Source of the DNA: Mobula birostris
Taxonomy: Eukaryota
DNA: 64,000 nucleotides
NCBI RefSeq assembly: GCF_030028105.1
Contig: NC_092384.1
Span: 17,677,629 to 17,741,628, forward strand
Direction: 5' to 3'
The notes under the pieces are model-generated. The model worked only from the letters and a program-made list of their open reading frames with translations. It ran no database searches and was not told where the DNA came from. The translations under genes and the position numbers were made by a program. Numbering within the stretch: the stretch's first letter is position 1; the number at the start of each line of letters is the position of its first letter. Positions 11,140-25,090 of the stretch are shown here, piece after piece.

Positions 11140-14100
11140 CTATACATAGAGGCACCAACTATAGAAGGGGCACTGTTGGATCTCCTGTTAGGGAATGAGA
11201 TAGAACAGGTGATGGAGCTATGTGTTGGGGAGCACTTCAGGTAGCAGTGATCACAATATCATTAGTTTCAATATAATTATGGAGAAGGATCGGACTGGAT
11301 CCAGGGTTGAGATTTTTGATTGTAGAAAGGCTAACTTTGAGGAGGTGCGAAGGGATTTAGAAGGAGTGGATTGGGACAATTTATTTTATGGGAAGGATGT
11401 AATAGAGAAATGGAGGTAATTTAAAGGTTAAATTTTGCGGGTACAGGATCTTAATGTTCCTGTTAGGTTGAAAGGAAAGATTAAAGAGCCATGGTTTTCA
11501 AGGGATATAGGAAACGTGGTTCGGAAAAACAGGGGGATTTATAATAAATATAAGCAGCTTGGAGTTAATAAGGTGCTCGAGGAATATAAAGAATGTAAAA
11601 AGAATCTTAAGAAAGAAATTAGAAAAGCTAAAAGAAGATACGAAGCAGCTTTAGCAAGTAAGGTAAAAATAAATCCAAAGAGTTTCTACAGCTATATAAA
11701 TAGGAAAAGGATAGTGAGGGATAAAATTGGTCCCTTAGAGAATCAGAGTGGACGGCTATGTGCAGAGCCAAAAGAGATGGGGGAGATTTTGAACGATTTC
11801 TTTTCTTCGGTATTCACTAAGGAGAAGGATATTGAATTGTGTAAGCTAAAGGAAACAAGAAACCATAGAAACCATAGAAACTACAGCATAGAAACAGGCC
11901 TTTTGGCCCTTCTTGGCTGTGCTGAACCATTTTCTGCCTAGTCCCACTGACCTACACACGGACCATATCCCTCCATACAACTCCCATGCATGTATCTGTC
12001 CAATTTATTCTTAAATGTTAAAAAAGAACCCGCATTTACCACCTCATCTGGCAGCTCATTCCATACTCCCACCACTGTCTGTGTGAAGAAGCCCCCCACC
12101 CCCCCAATGTTCCCTTTAAACTTTTCTCCCCTCACCCTTAACCCATATCCTCTGGTTTTATTTCTCCCCTTGCCTCAGTGGAAAAAGCCTGCTTGCATTC
12201 ATTCTATCTATACGCATCATAATTTTATATACCTCTATCAAATCTCCCCTCATTCTTCTACGCCCCAGAGAATAAAGTCCTAATCTATTCAACCTTTCTC
12301 TGTAACTGAGTTTCTCAACTCCCGGCAACATCCTTGTAAACCTTCTCTGCACTCTTTCAACCTTATTTATATCCTTCCTGTAATTTGGTGACCAAAACTG
12401 AACACAATACTCCAGATTCGGCCTCATCAATGCCTTATACGACCTCATCATAACATTCCAGCTCTTATACTCAATACTTTGATAATAAAGGCCAATGTAC
12501 CAAAAGCTCTCTTTACGACCCCATCTACTTGTGACACCACTTTTAGGGAATTTTGTATCTGTATTCCCAGATCCCTCTGTTCTACTGCACTCCTCAGTGC
12601 CTTACCATTAACCCTGTATGTTCTACCTTGGTTTGTCCTTCCAACGTGCAATACCTCACACTTGTCTGTATTAAACTCATTCTGCCATTTTTCAGCCCAT
12701 TTTTCCAGCTGGTCCAAGTCCGTCTACAGGCTCTGAAAACCTTCCTCACTGTCTACTACACCTCAAATCTTTGTATCATCAGCAAATTTGCTGATCCAAT
12801 TTACCACATTATCATCCAGATCATTGATATAGATGACAAATAACAATGGACCCAGCACTGATCGTTGTGGCACACCACTAGTCACAGGCCTCCACTCAGA
12901 GAAGCAATTCTCTACCACCACTCTCTGGCTTCTTCCATCGAGCCAATGTCTAATCCAATATACCACCTCTCCATGTATACCTAGCGACTGAATTTTCCTA
13001 ACTAACCTCCCATGCAGGACCTTGTCAAAGGCCTTACTGAAGTCTATTCAGACAATATCCACTGCCTTCCTTTCATCCACTTCCCTGGTAACCTCCTCAA
13101 AAAACTCCAATAGATTGGTCAAACATGACCTACCATGCACAAAGCCATGTTGACTCTCCCTAAAAAGTCTCTGTCTATCCAAATGCTTGTAGATTCTGTC
13201 TCTTAGTACTCCCTCTAATAACTTACCTACTACCGACGTTAAACTCACCGGCCTATAATTTCCCGGATTACTTTTCGATCCTTTTTTAAACAATGGAACA
13301 ACATGAGCCACTCTCCAATCCTCCGGCACCTCACCCGTAGACAGCATCATTTTAAATATTTCTGCCAGGGCCCCCGCAACTTCAACACTAGTCTCCTTCA
13401 GGGTCCGAGAGAACACTCTGACAGGTCCCGGGGATTTATCCACTTTAATTTTCCTCAAGACAGCAAACACCTCCTCCTTTTCAATCTGTACAGTCCATGA
13501 TCTCACTACTTGATTCCCTCAATTCCATAGACTTCATCCCAGTTTCCTTAGTAAATACAGATGCAAAAAAACCTATTTAAGATCTCCCCCATTTCCTTTT
13601 GTTCTGCACATAGCCGACCACTCTGATCTTCAAGAGGACCAATTTTATTCCTTACAATTCTTTTGCTCTTAACATACCTGTAAAAGCTCTTTGGATTATC
13701 CTTCACTTCGACTGCCAAGGCAACCTCATGTCTTCTTTTAGCCCTCCTGATTACTTTCTTAAGTATTTTCTTGCACTTCTTATACTCCTCAAGCACCTGA
13801 TTTACTCCCTGTTTCCTATACATTTCATACAACTCCCTCTTCTTCTTTATCAGAGTTGCAATATCCCTTAAGAAGCAAGGTTCCTTATTCCTGTTCAATT
13901 TGCCTTTAATCCTGACAGGAACATACAAACTCTGCACTCTCAAAATTTCCCCTTTGAAGGCTTCCCACCTACCAATCACATCTTTGCCAGAGAACAACCT
14001 GTCCCAATCCACGTTTTTTAGATCCTTTCTCATTTCTTCAAAGTTGGCCTTCTTCCAGTTCAGAACCTCAACCCTAGGACCAGATCTATCCTTGTCCATG

Positions 14101-16420
14101 ATCAAATTGAAACTAATGGTGTTATGATCACTGGAACTGAAGTGCTCCCCTACACAGACTTCCGTCACTTGTCCTAACTCGTTTCCTAACAGGAGATCCA
14201 ATATTGCATCCCCCCTAGTTGGTCCCTCTATATACTGATTTAGAAAACTTTCCTGAACACATTTTACAAACTCTAAACCATCTAGACCCCTAACAGTATG
14301 GAAGTCCCAATCAATGTATGGAAAATTAAAATCCCCTAACACCACAATTTTATGTTTCCTGCAGTTGCCTGCTATCTCTCTGCAGATTTGCTCTTCCAAG
14401 TCTCGTTGACTATTGGGTGGTCTGTAATACAATCCCACTAATGTGGCCATACCTTTCCTGTTTCTCAGTTCCACCCATAAGGACTTAGTAGACAAGCCCT
14501 CTAATCTGTCCTGCCTGAGCACTGCTGTAATATTTTCCCTAACAAGCAATGCTACTCCCCCACCTTTCATTCCTCTGCCTCGATTACATCTGAAACATCG
14601 GAACCCTGGAATATTAAGCTGACAGTCCTGCCTCTCCTGTAGTCAAGTTTCACTAATTGCTATAACGTCATAATTCCAAGTGTCAATCCACGCCCTCAAC
14701 TCATTCGCCTTCCCCGCAGTACTCCTAGCATTGAAATATATACACCTCAGAAGATTTTTACCACCACTCACACCCTTTCATAAGGCTATTTATGGAAAGT
14801 AAGACGATTATAGAAGAGGAAGTACTGGCGCTTTTAAGGAATATAGAAGTGGATAAGTCTCCGGGTCTGGACAAAATATTCCCTACGACCTTGAGGGAAG
14901 TTAGTGTAGAAATAGTAGGGTCTTTGACAGAAATATTTCAAATGTCATTAGAAACAGGGATGGTGCCGGATGATTGAAGTATTGCTTATGTGGTTCCATT
15001 GTTTAAAAAGGGTTCTAAGAGTAAACCTAGCAATTATCGGCCTGTGAGTTTGACGTCAGCAGTGGGTAAATTGATGGAGAGTATTCTTAAAGTTGGTATA
15101 TATAATTATCTGGATAGACAGGGTCTGATTAGGAACAGTCAACATGGATTTGTGCGTGGAAGGTCATGTTTGACAAATCTTATTGATTTTTTTGATGAGG
15201 TTACCAGGAAAGTTGACGAGGGTAAAGTGGTGGATGTTATCTATATGGACTTCAGTAAGGCCTTTGACAAGGTTCCACACGGAAGTTTAGTTAGGAAGGG
15301 TCAATCATTAGGCATTAATATCGAAGTAGTAAAATGGATTCAGCAGTGGCTGGATGGGAGACACCAGAGAGTAGTGGTGGATAACTGTGTATCAGACTGG
15401 AGGACGGTGTGTAGCGGTGTGCCTCAGGGATCTGTACTGGGTCCAATGTTGTTTGTCATATATATTAATGATCTGGATGATGGGGTGGTAAAATGGATTA
15501 GTAAGTATGCACATGATACTAAGATAGGTGAAGTTGTGGATTATGAAGTAGGTTTTCAAAGCTTGCAGAGAGATTTATAACAGTTAGAAGAGTGGGCTGA
15601 AAGATGGCAGATGGAGTTTAATACTGAAAAATGTGAGGTACTACATTTTGGTAGGACTAATCAAAATAGAACATACATGGTAAATGGTAGGGCATTGAAG
15701 AATGCTGTAGAACAGAGGGATCTAGGAATAATGGTGCATAGTTCCCTGAAGGAAGAATCTCATGTGGATAGGGTGGTAAAGAAAGCATTTGGTATGCAGG
15801 CTTTTATTAATCAGAACATTGAGTATAGGAGTTGGGATGTAATGTTGAAATTGTATAAGGCATTGATGAGGCCAAATTTGGAGTATTGTGTGCACTTCTG
15901 GTCACCGAATTATAGAAAAGATGTCAACAAAATTGAGAGAGTACAGAGGAGGTTTACTAAAATGTTGCCTGGCTTTCATCTCCTAACTTACAGAGAAAGG
16001 TTGAACAAGTTAAGTCTTTATTCTTTGGAGCATAGAAGGTTGAGAGGGGACTTGATAGAGGTGTTTAAAATTATGAGGGGGATTGATAGAGTTGACGTGG
16101 ATGGGCTTTTTCCATTGAGAGTGGGGGAGATTCAAGCAAGAGGACATGAGTTGAGAGTTAAAGGGCAAAAGTTTAGGGGTAACATGAGGGGGAACTTCTT
16201 TACTCAGAGAGTGGTGGCTGTGTGGAACCAGCTTCCAGCAGAAGTGGTTCAGGCAGGTTCGATGTTGTCGTTTAAAGTTAAATTGGATAGATATATGGAC
16301 AGGAAGGGAATGGAGGGTTATGGACTGAGTGCGGGTCGGTGGGACTAGGTGAGAGTAGGAGTTCAGCATAGACTAGAAGGGCCGAGATGGCCTGTTTCCG
16401 TGCTGTAATTGTTATATGGA
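11140..16420 (+). mobile_element. CR1 LINE ORF2 (11140-11860 and 14780-16420), split by an antisense CR1
   Basis: Endonuclease/linker ends ...EKDIELCKLKET and resumes ESKTIIEEEVL..DKSPG; RT motifs (SKYAHDTK, RPNLEYC) and 3' tail. Confidence 0.9.
11861..14770 (-). mobile_element. CR1 LINE (antisense, nested), endonuclease to 3' tail
   Basis: 340-aa APE endonuclease ORF 13548-14570, RT ORFs, (TTTCTATGG)n tail at about 11861-11885. Confidence 0.92.
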
Positions 16421-16439
16421 AAAATATGAAAATTTTATG

Positions 16440-19400
16440 AAAAGCTGCTGGATATTCCCCCGACTATGGAGATTGAAATGGAGCATCGTTCACTCGTACC
16501 GCTGCCCTCTGGAGACAGAGAAAGTAAATTAGAAAAAATAATGTTTCTAAAACAGAGACACTATGAAATTGGATCTAAATCTATGAATATACTGGCGTGA
16601 AAATTGAAAAAAAATAGCAGAAAATACGATTCATAGAATTAGGGATCCGAGAACAAAAGTGATAAAAAAAAATAAGCGAACTGAAATTCAAGAAGCTTTT
16701 GAAATGTTTTAAATTTCTTGTGTAGCCAAACTATTAATTTCATTCTAATTTTTCAAGGTTGTCTCTAATGTATCCTGTGCCAAACTCAATTTGTGTTTTA
16801 TTTTTCTAGTTCTTTCAGCTTATTTTGTAATTCCTCTAATGTTTTATTCTTTTTTTTCCTTATATGAAGATATCGCGATAATTTTCCCTCTTAAGACAGC
16901 CTTATATATTCCCTCTATATTCCAAAGTTCCAGGGGAAGCATAACCCAAATTGGCATCTTCCTGAATTCTTTAGAAATACCCACTTTAAGCAAAGAACAA
17001 AACAAAATGATGACTGCTGACATAACTGAAGCTGAACTTCAAACTGCAATTAGTAGGCTTAAATTAAGCAAGTCAACAGGACCAGATGGATATACAGCAG
17101 AGTGGCATAAAGAGTTCAGAACTGAGTTAATTCCTGTTTCATTAGCCACACTGAACTGGGCCCAAAGAAAGGCGCAAATGCCACCCAACTGGAAGGATGT
17201 AATAATCTCAGCTATATCAAAAGAAGGCAAGAAAAAAATGGAATGTAGGTCATTTAGATCAATATTTGTTCTTAATGTGGATTATACAATATTTACTTCC
17301 ATCATGGCCAAACGATTAGAAGATTTTCTACCCACACTGATACACAAAGATCCGACAGGTTTTACACAACGCCAAACACAAGACAATATACGAAGGACAC
17401 TTCACATTATGGATCATATAAAAGAATGAAATTGAAGCAATAGTGACAAGCGTGGACGCTGAAAAGACATTTGATTCGGTTAATTGGAATTTTCTTTACA
17501 TAGTTTTAAATATATTTGGTTAACAGGACACAATTATTATAACTATACAGACACTATATGACAGTCCTACTGCCAGGATTAAAATCAATGGATATTTATC
17601 TAATAGTTTTACCCTAGAAAGGGGCAGGAGACAGAGTTGTGCATGGTCACCACTACTCTTTGCATTATATCTGGAAACATTAGCTCAACATGTCAGATAA
17701 AATGCAAGGGAATTAAAGGAACAGAACATAAATTGGCCTGTTGCGCGGATGACATTTTGATCTACCTAGGGCAACCAACATACTGTTTACCTAAATTGAT
17801 GCAATCCTTTGAAAAATATCAGGATCAACATCGATAAAACCCAAATACTTTCATTTAACTATTACCCACCAAGAGAAATTGAAAGTAGATATCCTTGGGC
17901 ATGGCAAACGGAGTCCGTCAAATATTTGGACATCACTATGACACAACATGAAATAGTACAGCACAGTATATGCCCTTCGGCCCACATTGTTCTGCCGACC
18001 CTAAAACCCTGCCTCCCATATAACGCCCCACCGTAAATTCCTCCATATAACTGTCTAATAGTCTCTTAAATTTCTCCAGCGTATTTGCCTCCACCACTGC
18101 CTCAGGCAGTGTATTCCACGCACCAATCACTCTCTGAGTAAAACACACGCCCTCGAATATCCCCCTTGAACTTCCCACCGCTTACCTTAAAGCCATGTCC
18201 TCTTGTATTGAGCAGTGGTCCCTGGAGAAGAGTTGCTGGCTGTCCACTCTGTCTATTCCTCTCAATATCTTGTATACCTCTACCATGTCTCCTCCCATCT
18301 TCCTTCCCTCTAAAGAGTAAAGCCCTAGCTCCCTTAATCTCTGATCATAATGCATACTCTCTGAACCAGGCAGCATCCTGGTAAATCTCCTCTGTATCCG
18401 TTCCAGTGTTTCCACATCCTTCCTACAGTGAGGCGAACAGAAATGGGCACAGTACTCCAAGTGTGGCCTAACCAGAGTTTTACAGAGCTGCATCATTACC
18501 TCGCGACTCTTAAACACTATCCCTCGACATGTGCAAGCTAACACCCCATAAGCTTTCTTTACTGCCCTATCTACCTGTGAGGTAACTTTCAGAGATCTGT
18601 GGACATGTACCCCAAGATCTCTCTGCTCTTCCACACTGCCAAGTATCCTGCCATTTACTTTGTACTCTGCCTTGAACTCCATCTGCCACATCTCAGCCCA
18701 CTTCTGCATCCTTTCAATGTTCCTCTGTAATCTTCGACAATCCTCTAAACTATCTACAACACCGCCAACCTTTGTGTTGTCTGCAAACTTGCCAACCCAC
18801 CCTTCTACCCCCACATCCAGGTTGTTAATAAAAATCACGAAAGGTAGAGGTCGCAGAACCGATTCTTGTTGGACAGCACTAGTCACAACCTCCAATCTGA
18901 ATGTACTCCCTCCACCACGACACTCTGCCTTCTGCAGCAAGACAATTCTGAATCCACCTGGTCAATCTGCCCTGAATCCCATGCCTTCTGACTTTGTGAA
19001 TATGCCTACCATGTGGAATACCTTGTCAAATGCTTTACTAAAATCTATATAGATCACATCCACTGCACTACCCCGATCTATATGCCTGATCACCTCCTCA
19101 AAGAACTCTATCAGGCTTGTTAGACACGATTTTCCCTTCACAAAGCCATGCTGACTGTCCCTGATCAGACCATGAATCTCTAAATGCCCATAGATCCTAG
19201 CTCTAAGAATTTTTCCAATAGCTGTCCCAGCACAGGTGTAAAGCTCACTAGTCTATAATTACCCGGAATATCCCTACTACCTTTTTTGAACAAGGGGACA
19301 ACATTCGCCTCCCTCCAGTCCTCCGGTGTCATTCCCGTAGACAACGAGGACATTAAGATCCTAGCCAGAGGCTCAGCAATCTCTTCCCTCAACTCATGGA

Positions 19401-21815
19401 GCGGCGTGGGGAATATTCCGTCAGGCCCCGGGGACTTATCTGTCCTAATGTATTTTAATAACTCCAACACCTCCTCCGCCTTAATATCAACATGCTCCAA
19501 AACATCAACCTCACTCATATTGTCCTCACCATCATCAAGTTCCCTCTCATTGGTGAATACGGCAGAGAAGTATTCATTGAGGACCTTTCTCACTTCCACA
19601 GCCTCCAGGCACATCTTCCCACAATTATATCCAATCGGTCCTACCTTCATTCCTGTTATCCTTTGTTCTTCACATAATTGAAGAATGCCTTGGGGTTTTC
19701 CTTTACCCTACTCGCCAAGGCCTTTTCATGCCCCCTTCTTGTTCTCCTCAGCTTTCTTGCTTCCCTATATTCCTCAATAGACCCATCTGATCCTTGCTTC
19801 CTAAACCTCATGTATGTTGCCTTCTTCCACCTGACTAGATTTTCCACTTCACTTGTCACCCATGGATCGTTCACGCTACTATTTTTTATCATCCTCACTG
19901 GAACAAATTTATCCCTAACATCCTGGAACAGATCTCTAAACATCGACCATATGTCCATAGTGCCTTTACCTGCAAAAACATCATCCCTATTCATACCCGC
20001 CGGTTCTAGCCTTACATCCTCATAATTTGCCTTTCCTCAATTAAAAACTTCCCTGTCCTCTCAGATTCTACCCTTTTCCATGTTGATACTGAAGGCCAGG
20101 GAGCGGTGGTCACTCTCCCCCAGATGCTCACCCACTCAGAGATTTGTTATTTGGCAAAATCATCAGAATGCAATTATCAGACTATATATATAAAAATAAG
20201 AAAGGTATAACAAGATTGAACCTAATTCATTTTCCTGGTCTCAGTTCAAGGATTGAATCCATTAAGATGAATATACCACCCAGACTACTATATCTCTTTC
20301 AAACGCTACAAATAGAGATGAACAAAAATCGAACAAGATGATATCAATATATATATATAGCAAGGTAAAAGGCCTAGGGTTCGTCTCAAAACTTTGCAAT
20401 TAGCCAAAGGAAAGGAGGGGATGGGTCCTACTTTCTCTTAGAGATTATTATTTTGCAGCACAGTTGAGAGCCGTGATATGCTGGTTCAACCTATCCTATG
20501 ACGCTGAATGGAAAACATTGAAGAGAGGATACTTTCGATCCCCATACAAGCAATTTTGGCTGATAACAACCTACAAAGTTACATAAATAATATTGAAACC
20601 CGTGGGTGAAATGGACTCTTAAAATATAGGAAACTATTATAAAGGAATATAAACTAGAGAGAGACATTACAAATCTTAAATGGTGTGCATATGACTCGGA
20701 TTTTACGCCGAATAAACTGGATACTAGATTTAAGGACTGGACAGCTAAAGGAATAACAGCTATTTGCAATATAATGAAAGAAGGAACACTGTTCAGTTTT
20801 GAAATGTTCAACGAGAAACACTTATTAGAAAAACAAGACTTTTACCGTTATTTACAGATGCGACAGTATGTTAATAGGACTTTTAAAAATGTAACCAAGG
20901 CAAGTACATGTCAAATAGAGCTATTTAGAAAAGCATATAACTCAGACAACGGTAGTAGAATAATTTCAAGCATGTATAAGGGTTTGTTAAATCTTAAAAC
21001 ACGTTCAACTTCAAACATTAAAACAAAATGTGAGAAGGAGGGAGGGATAATAATATCTGAGGAAGACTGGACAATAATATGGAGGTATCAATGGAAGTGT
21101 ATCAGTTCACAGAAATGGAGGAAGTTCGGGTGGAAATACTTGATAAGATATTTTATTACACCCTCTCAGAAATTCCATTATGACAGTAACCCCCCTGCTT
21201 GCTGGAGAAATTGTGGAAATCAAAATGCAAGCCATTATCATATTTTCTGGGAATGCCCCGTTATCAAAGACTTTTGGACTGGGATACATATTGCCTTAAA
21301 AGACATCTTTAAATGTGAAATAACCTTAGAGAGTAAGACCATATATTTTGGGTTTAAACCTCAAGAATAGTTGAAAAGTGATAAATATTTAATGAGTGTG
21401 CTGCTGGTGGATGGTAAAAAGATCATCTCTAGGAAATGGTTATCACAGGACAGCCCAACTTTAAATGTATGGACGGAGATTACAATGGGCATTTACAAAA
21501 TGGAGAAGGTAACAGCATCTGTTAATCATAAGTTGAAACAATTTTATTCATACTGGAAAAAATGGTTTAACTACATAACACCTCGTAGGCCTGATTTTAT
21601 TCTCACAAGTCAATGAATATGTTGTAAAAAAAATCACTCGCTACTCTGTACATAGTTTTATTCTTTCGATTGTTCTTTCTTTCCTCTCCTTTCTATAAGT
21701 GTATACCTCAGATAAGTATTATGTGGAGATTGTGACAAATATGATTATATGACATATATGTACAGTGTCTGAAATACATCTTGTGGTAATGTTTGATGAT
21801 GAAATGCAATAAAAA
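16440..21815 (+). mobile_element. L1-clade LINE remnant (16440-17940 and 20135-21815), split by a CR1
   Basis: KSTGPDGYTAEW, FRSIFVLNVDY, SVDAEKTFD, CADDILIYL and C-terminal CWRNCGNQNASHYHIFWECP; AATAAA near 21808. Confidence 0.88.
17940..20130 (-). mobile_element. CR1 LINE (antisense, nested in L1)
   Basis: ORFs with DKSPGPDGIFP, KFADNTKVGG, LVRPHLEYC. Confidence 0.9.
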
Positions 21816-22449
21816 GTAAGAAACCCGTGATGTCCGAATCAAACATAATTCAAATTGAATCGATTTCTACTTGCTTGGATATGGTCTACTTCGTCCCATT
21901 TTGTGCCTGTTCATGTGAATATTCGAATGTCTTTAACGGTTGTGATCATATCAGTATTCTCTGGTAGCACGTTCAAGTCAACAACCATTCTCTGTGTAAA
22001 ATACTTGCCATGTAAAGCTCACTTAATTTTTCCTCTTTTATCTCAAGGCGACGCCCTCCAGTAACTTACACTAATATTCCCGAGCTACACTCACTGAAAG
22101 AATGACAAGGCTAACATTATTAGGGAATCCCGTTTGACGAACGTATTAAGACACTGGTCAGGAGAAAGGAGTTCTGTATCTTCTACAGGGAACGGGCGCA
22201 CGTGCGCCCCTTCAGAACTATAAGAGATATTCTGGTACACTTTAGGGCAATCTTGACAGCTCAAAGATGGCATGAAATAGGTTGTAAAATATATTAAGAG
22301 GAAGTGAGGAAATAGCGACTCTGAAGGAACAGTGTGATCATTTTTGTGTGGAGCCACAGACGATGTCTGAGCTGCAGGTTATTATTTCTCATCTGTATAA
22401 CTGTGCTGAAAATCATTGCAGCGAAGGAATTAAGGGGAATTAATAGCAA

Positions 22450-24110
22450 TGATTTCCAAAAATCTATATGAGAAAAGGGGAGGAGTGGTGGTGGGGCGGA
22501 AGATGGGCGGGATGAGGGCTGGGTACTTGCTGAGTAAGAATACAGTATGTTTCATAAGCCTGATCAAGTGTATTGGTCGACATTGTGGGATGGTAGGAGA
22601 GGAATTGCAAGGACAATTGCAGTGATATGACCACCGTCTTTTACCAGGATTGTGGTGCCAGAATACTAGAGTGTGGATAATGTGCATTTATTTAAAAGAC
22701 CTGCAAGGATAAACCGAGAGTTACAGGTGTCAAACCTGACATCGGTGCTGGGAACGATAATGGGGTGGATTCTGAGTCAAACAATCTCTCATAATTTGGA
22801 AGGGCCAGGACTGAAAAGGTAACAGTCAGCATGGATTTGTCATGGGCAATCTTATCTCACAAATTTAATTGAGTTGTTTTTGAGATGTGAGGAAGAAATT
22901 TGCTGAGGGCAGGCCAGTAGACTATACCTTCATTGAGATTTGCAATGCCCCGTATGGCATACTAATTTAGAAAGCTGGATGACATGGGGCCCAGGGTTAG
23001 CAAGCCGACAGACCACGAGAGCACCGAACTGGTTTAGTGTAACATCAGAAAGTGTTAGTCTAAATTTGCTGTTCAAGAATGAAGGCCCCTAACTCCTGAT
23101 GTACTGAAGCGGATGGTTCAGGTTTCGGTACTGCTTGTCATTTAGTTCTGAAACACTTAAAGGGATAATATTGGTAACATCACTAATAATTTCTGAGAGG
23201 CAACGGAATTGCTGATGTAGAAGAAAGTGAAAACTAACCAAGACAATGAACTGGGTTAGTAGTCCATCAAGTGCAGATATAATTTAACTTGGACAATCGA
23301 GAAAAGGTGCATTTTGGTTAGATAAACTAAAGCAGAAATTTCACAATAAATTGTCCTGTGCGTTGAAGTAGAACACAGTGACTGAGGTTCTCACGTACAA
23401 CATTTTTTTGCAATTGCCAATGGAGGTGGACCAAAGATAAAGGAGGTGTTTGTCACACTTGACAAAACAGTTGGGGCAATGAGTGCACTGTCTGGAATGT
23501 ACTGTTATTCTGTAGATATCGGTAGTGAAACACTTAGACTATTCTGTGCATTTCTGACCGCCCAGCTATCGCCCAGCAGTCCTTCACACAGTGCAGAATG
23601 GACTCACGAGTACGTTTGCAGGACAACAAGCTGTTAGCTGTAGAGAGAGGCTGGAGTTATTCTTCCATGTGTACAACAGGTTGAGGGATGACCTGATAGA
23701 GGAATATGAATCAACGTGCCTAGCTTACGGTCTCTCACCCAGAATTGGTTAGTCAAAAATGAGAATACATCAATTCAAGGTGTGATAGAAAGCATTTAAT
23801 GTGTCTAGGGAAAGTTTTTCAACAGGTAGGAGCTTGGTAAATGTAAAATGTACCAGAAGGTAGAGGTGGGTTAGGTAGCAATGTGTGAAATGAAATTGGA
23901 TTGGTATGTTAGGTAATGTTGAGAGCAAAATGTTTGCAAGGGACAAAAATGGTCCTCTGGGAGATCAGAAGGACAATCTATGCATGGATCCAAAAGAGAA
24001 CGAGGAGATCTTAAATAGATTATTTGCATCTGTATTTACTCGGGAGACGGACACAGGGTCCACAGAAGTGACACAAAGCGGCAATGAGGTTATGGTCTTG
24101 TATTTCTTCA
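22450..24110 (+). mobile_element. Old, highly decayed CR1-like sequence (paralogous copy at about 40900-42480)
   Basis: Remnants such as CAGCATGGATTTGTC, ATCTCACAAATTTAATTGAGTT, and LFASVFTRE. Confidence 0.55.
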
Positions 24111-24329
24111 TTTAAATCTTTGAAAAGTGGGTCCAAGACCAAAGGGAACCTAACATGACTTATTACTGTAGGCTTCTTCTTCCCTTCTCTTATCTCCAGC
24201 TATCAAACAAATTCTCGGTCCGATCCAACACGTTACTTTTAGTTCCCAGTGTTCTCATTTTACACATATGTCAAACATTTTCAAGAAGTTCTCTGAAAAT
24301 AGTTTTCACATCAGTAATAGAAGAGATTT

Positions 24330-25090
24330 TACAGAGTTGCTGGAAATCTAGAACAACACACAGGAAGGTGCAGAGGAGCTTAGTAGGTGAAGAAACATCT
24401 ATAGAAATGAATAAACAGTAGATGTTTCGGGCCAAGACCCTTCGTCAGCATTGGAAAGGAAGAGGGAAGATGCCAGAATACAAAGCTGGGGGAGTGAATG
24501 GAGGACTAACAAGAAGGTCATGGGTGAAGCCTGGTGAGTGGGGAGGAGGCGATGAAGTAAGAATCTGGGAAGTGATAGATGGAAAAGAAAAGGTACTGTA
24601 GAAGACAGAATCTGATAGGATAGGAAAGTAGACAATGGAAGAAAGGGAAGGAGGAAGGGCATCAAGGGGAGGATATAGGCAGGTGAGAAGAAGAAGTGGG
24701 AGGCCAGAATGTAGAACAGAAGAAGAGGGAAGGGAGGGAGAAAAATTAATGAAAGCAGAAATCAATGTTCATGCCATCAGGCTGGAGGCTACCGGAGTGA
24801 AAATGAGGCGTTGATCCTACACCCTAAGAGAGGCTTTATAGTGTCATAAAAAGAAGCTGAAGACCAACACGTCGCGATGAGAATGGAGAAAGGAAGTAAA
24901 ACGACTGGTCACCGGAATTTCTGCTTTTTTTTTTGGATGCAGTGGCGGTGCTTGCAAAAGTGGTCCTTTAATTTATTTTGGGTTGCACCAACGGAGTGGA
25001 GGCGGCATCGAAAGCACCGGAGAGAGTAGACAACCATAATAGATTCAAAGATAAAAATTTTCCCTCACCAGGACAGACTATTTGGGGCCC
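24330..25090 (-). mobile_element. Penelope-like fragment
   Basis: Reverse complement of the GIY-YIG region and terminal motif seen at 49.3-50.0 kb; orthologous position to 43790-44550. Confidence 0.6.
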
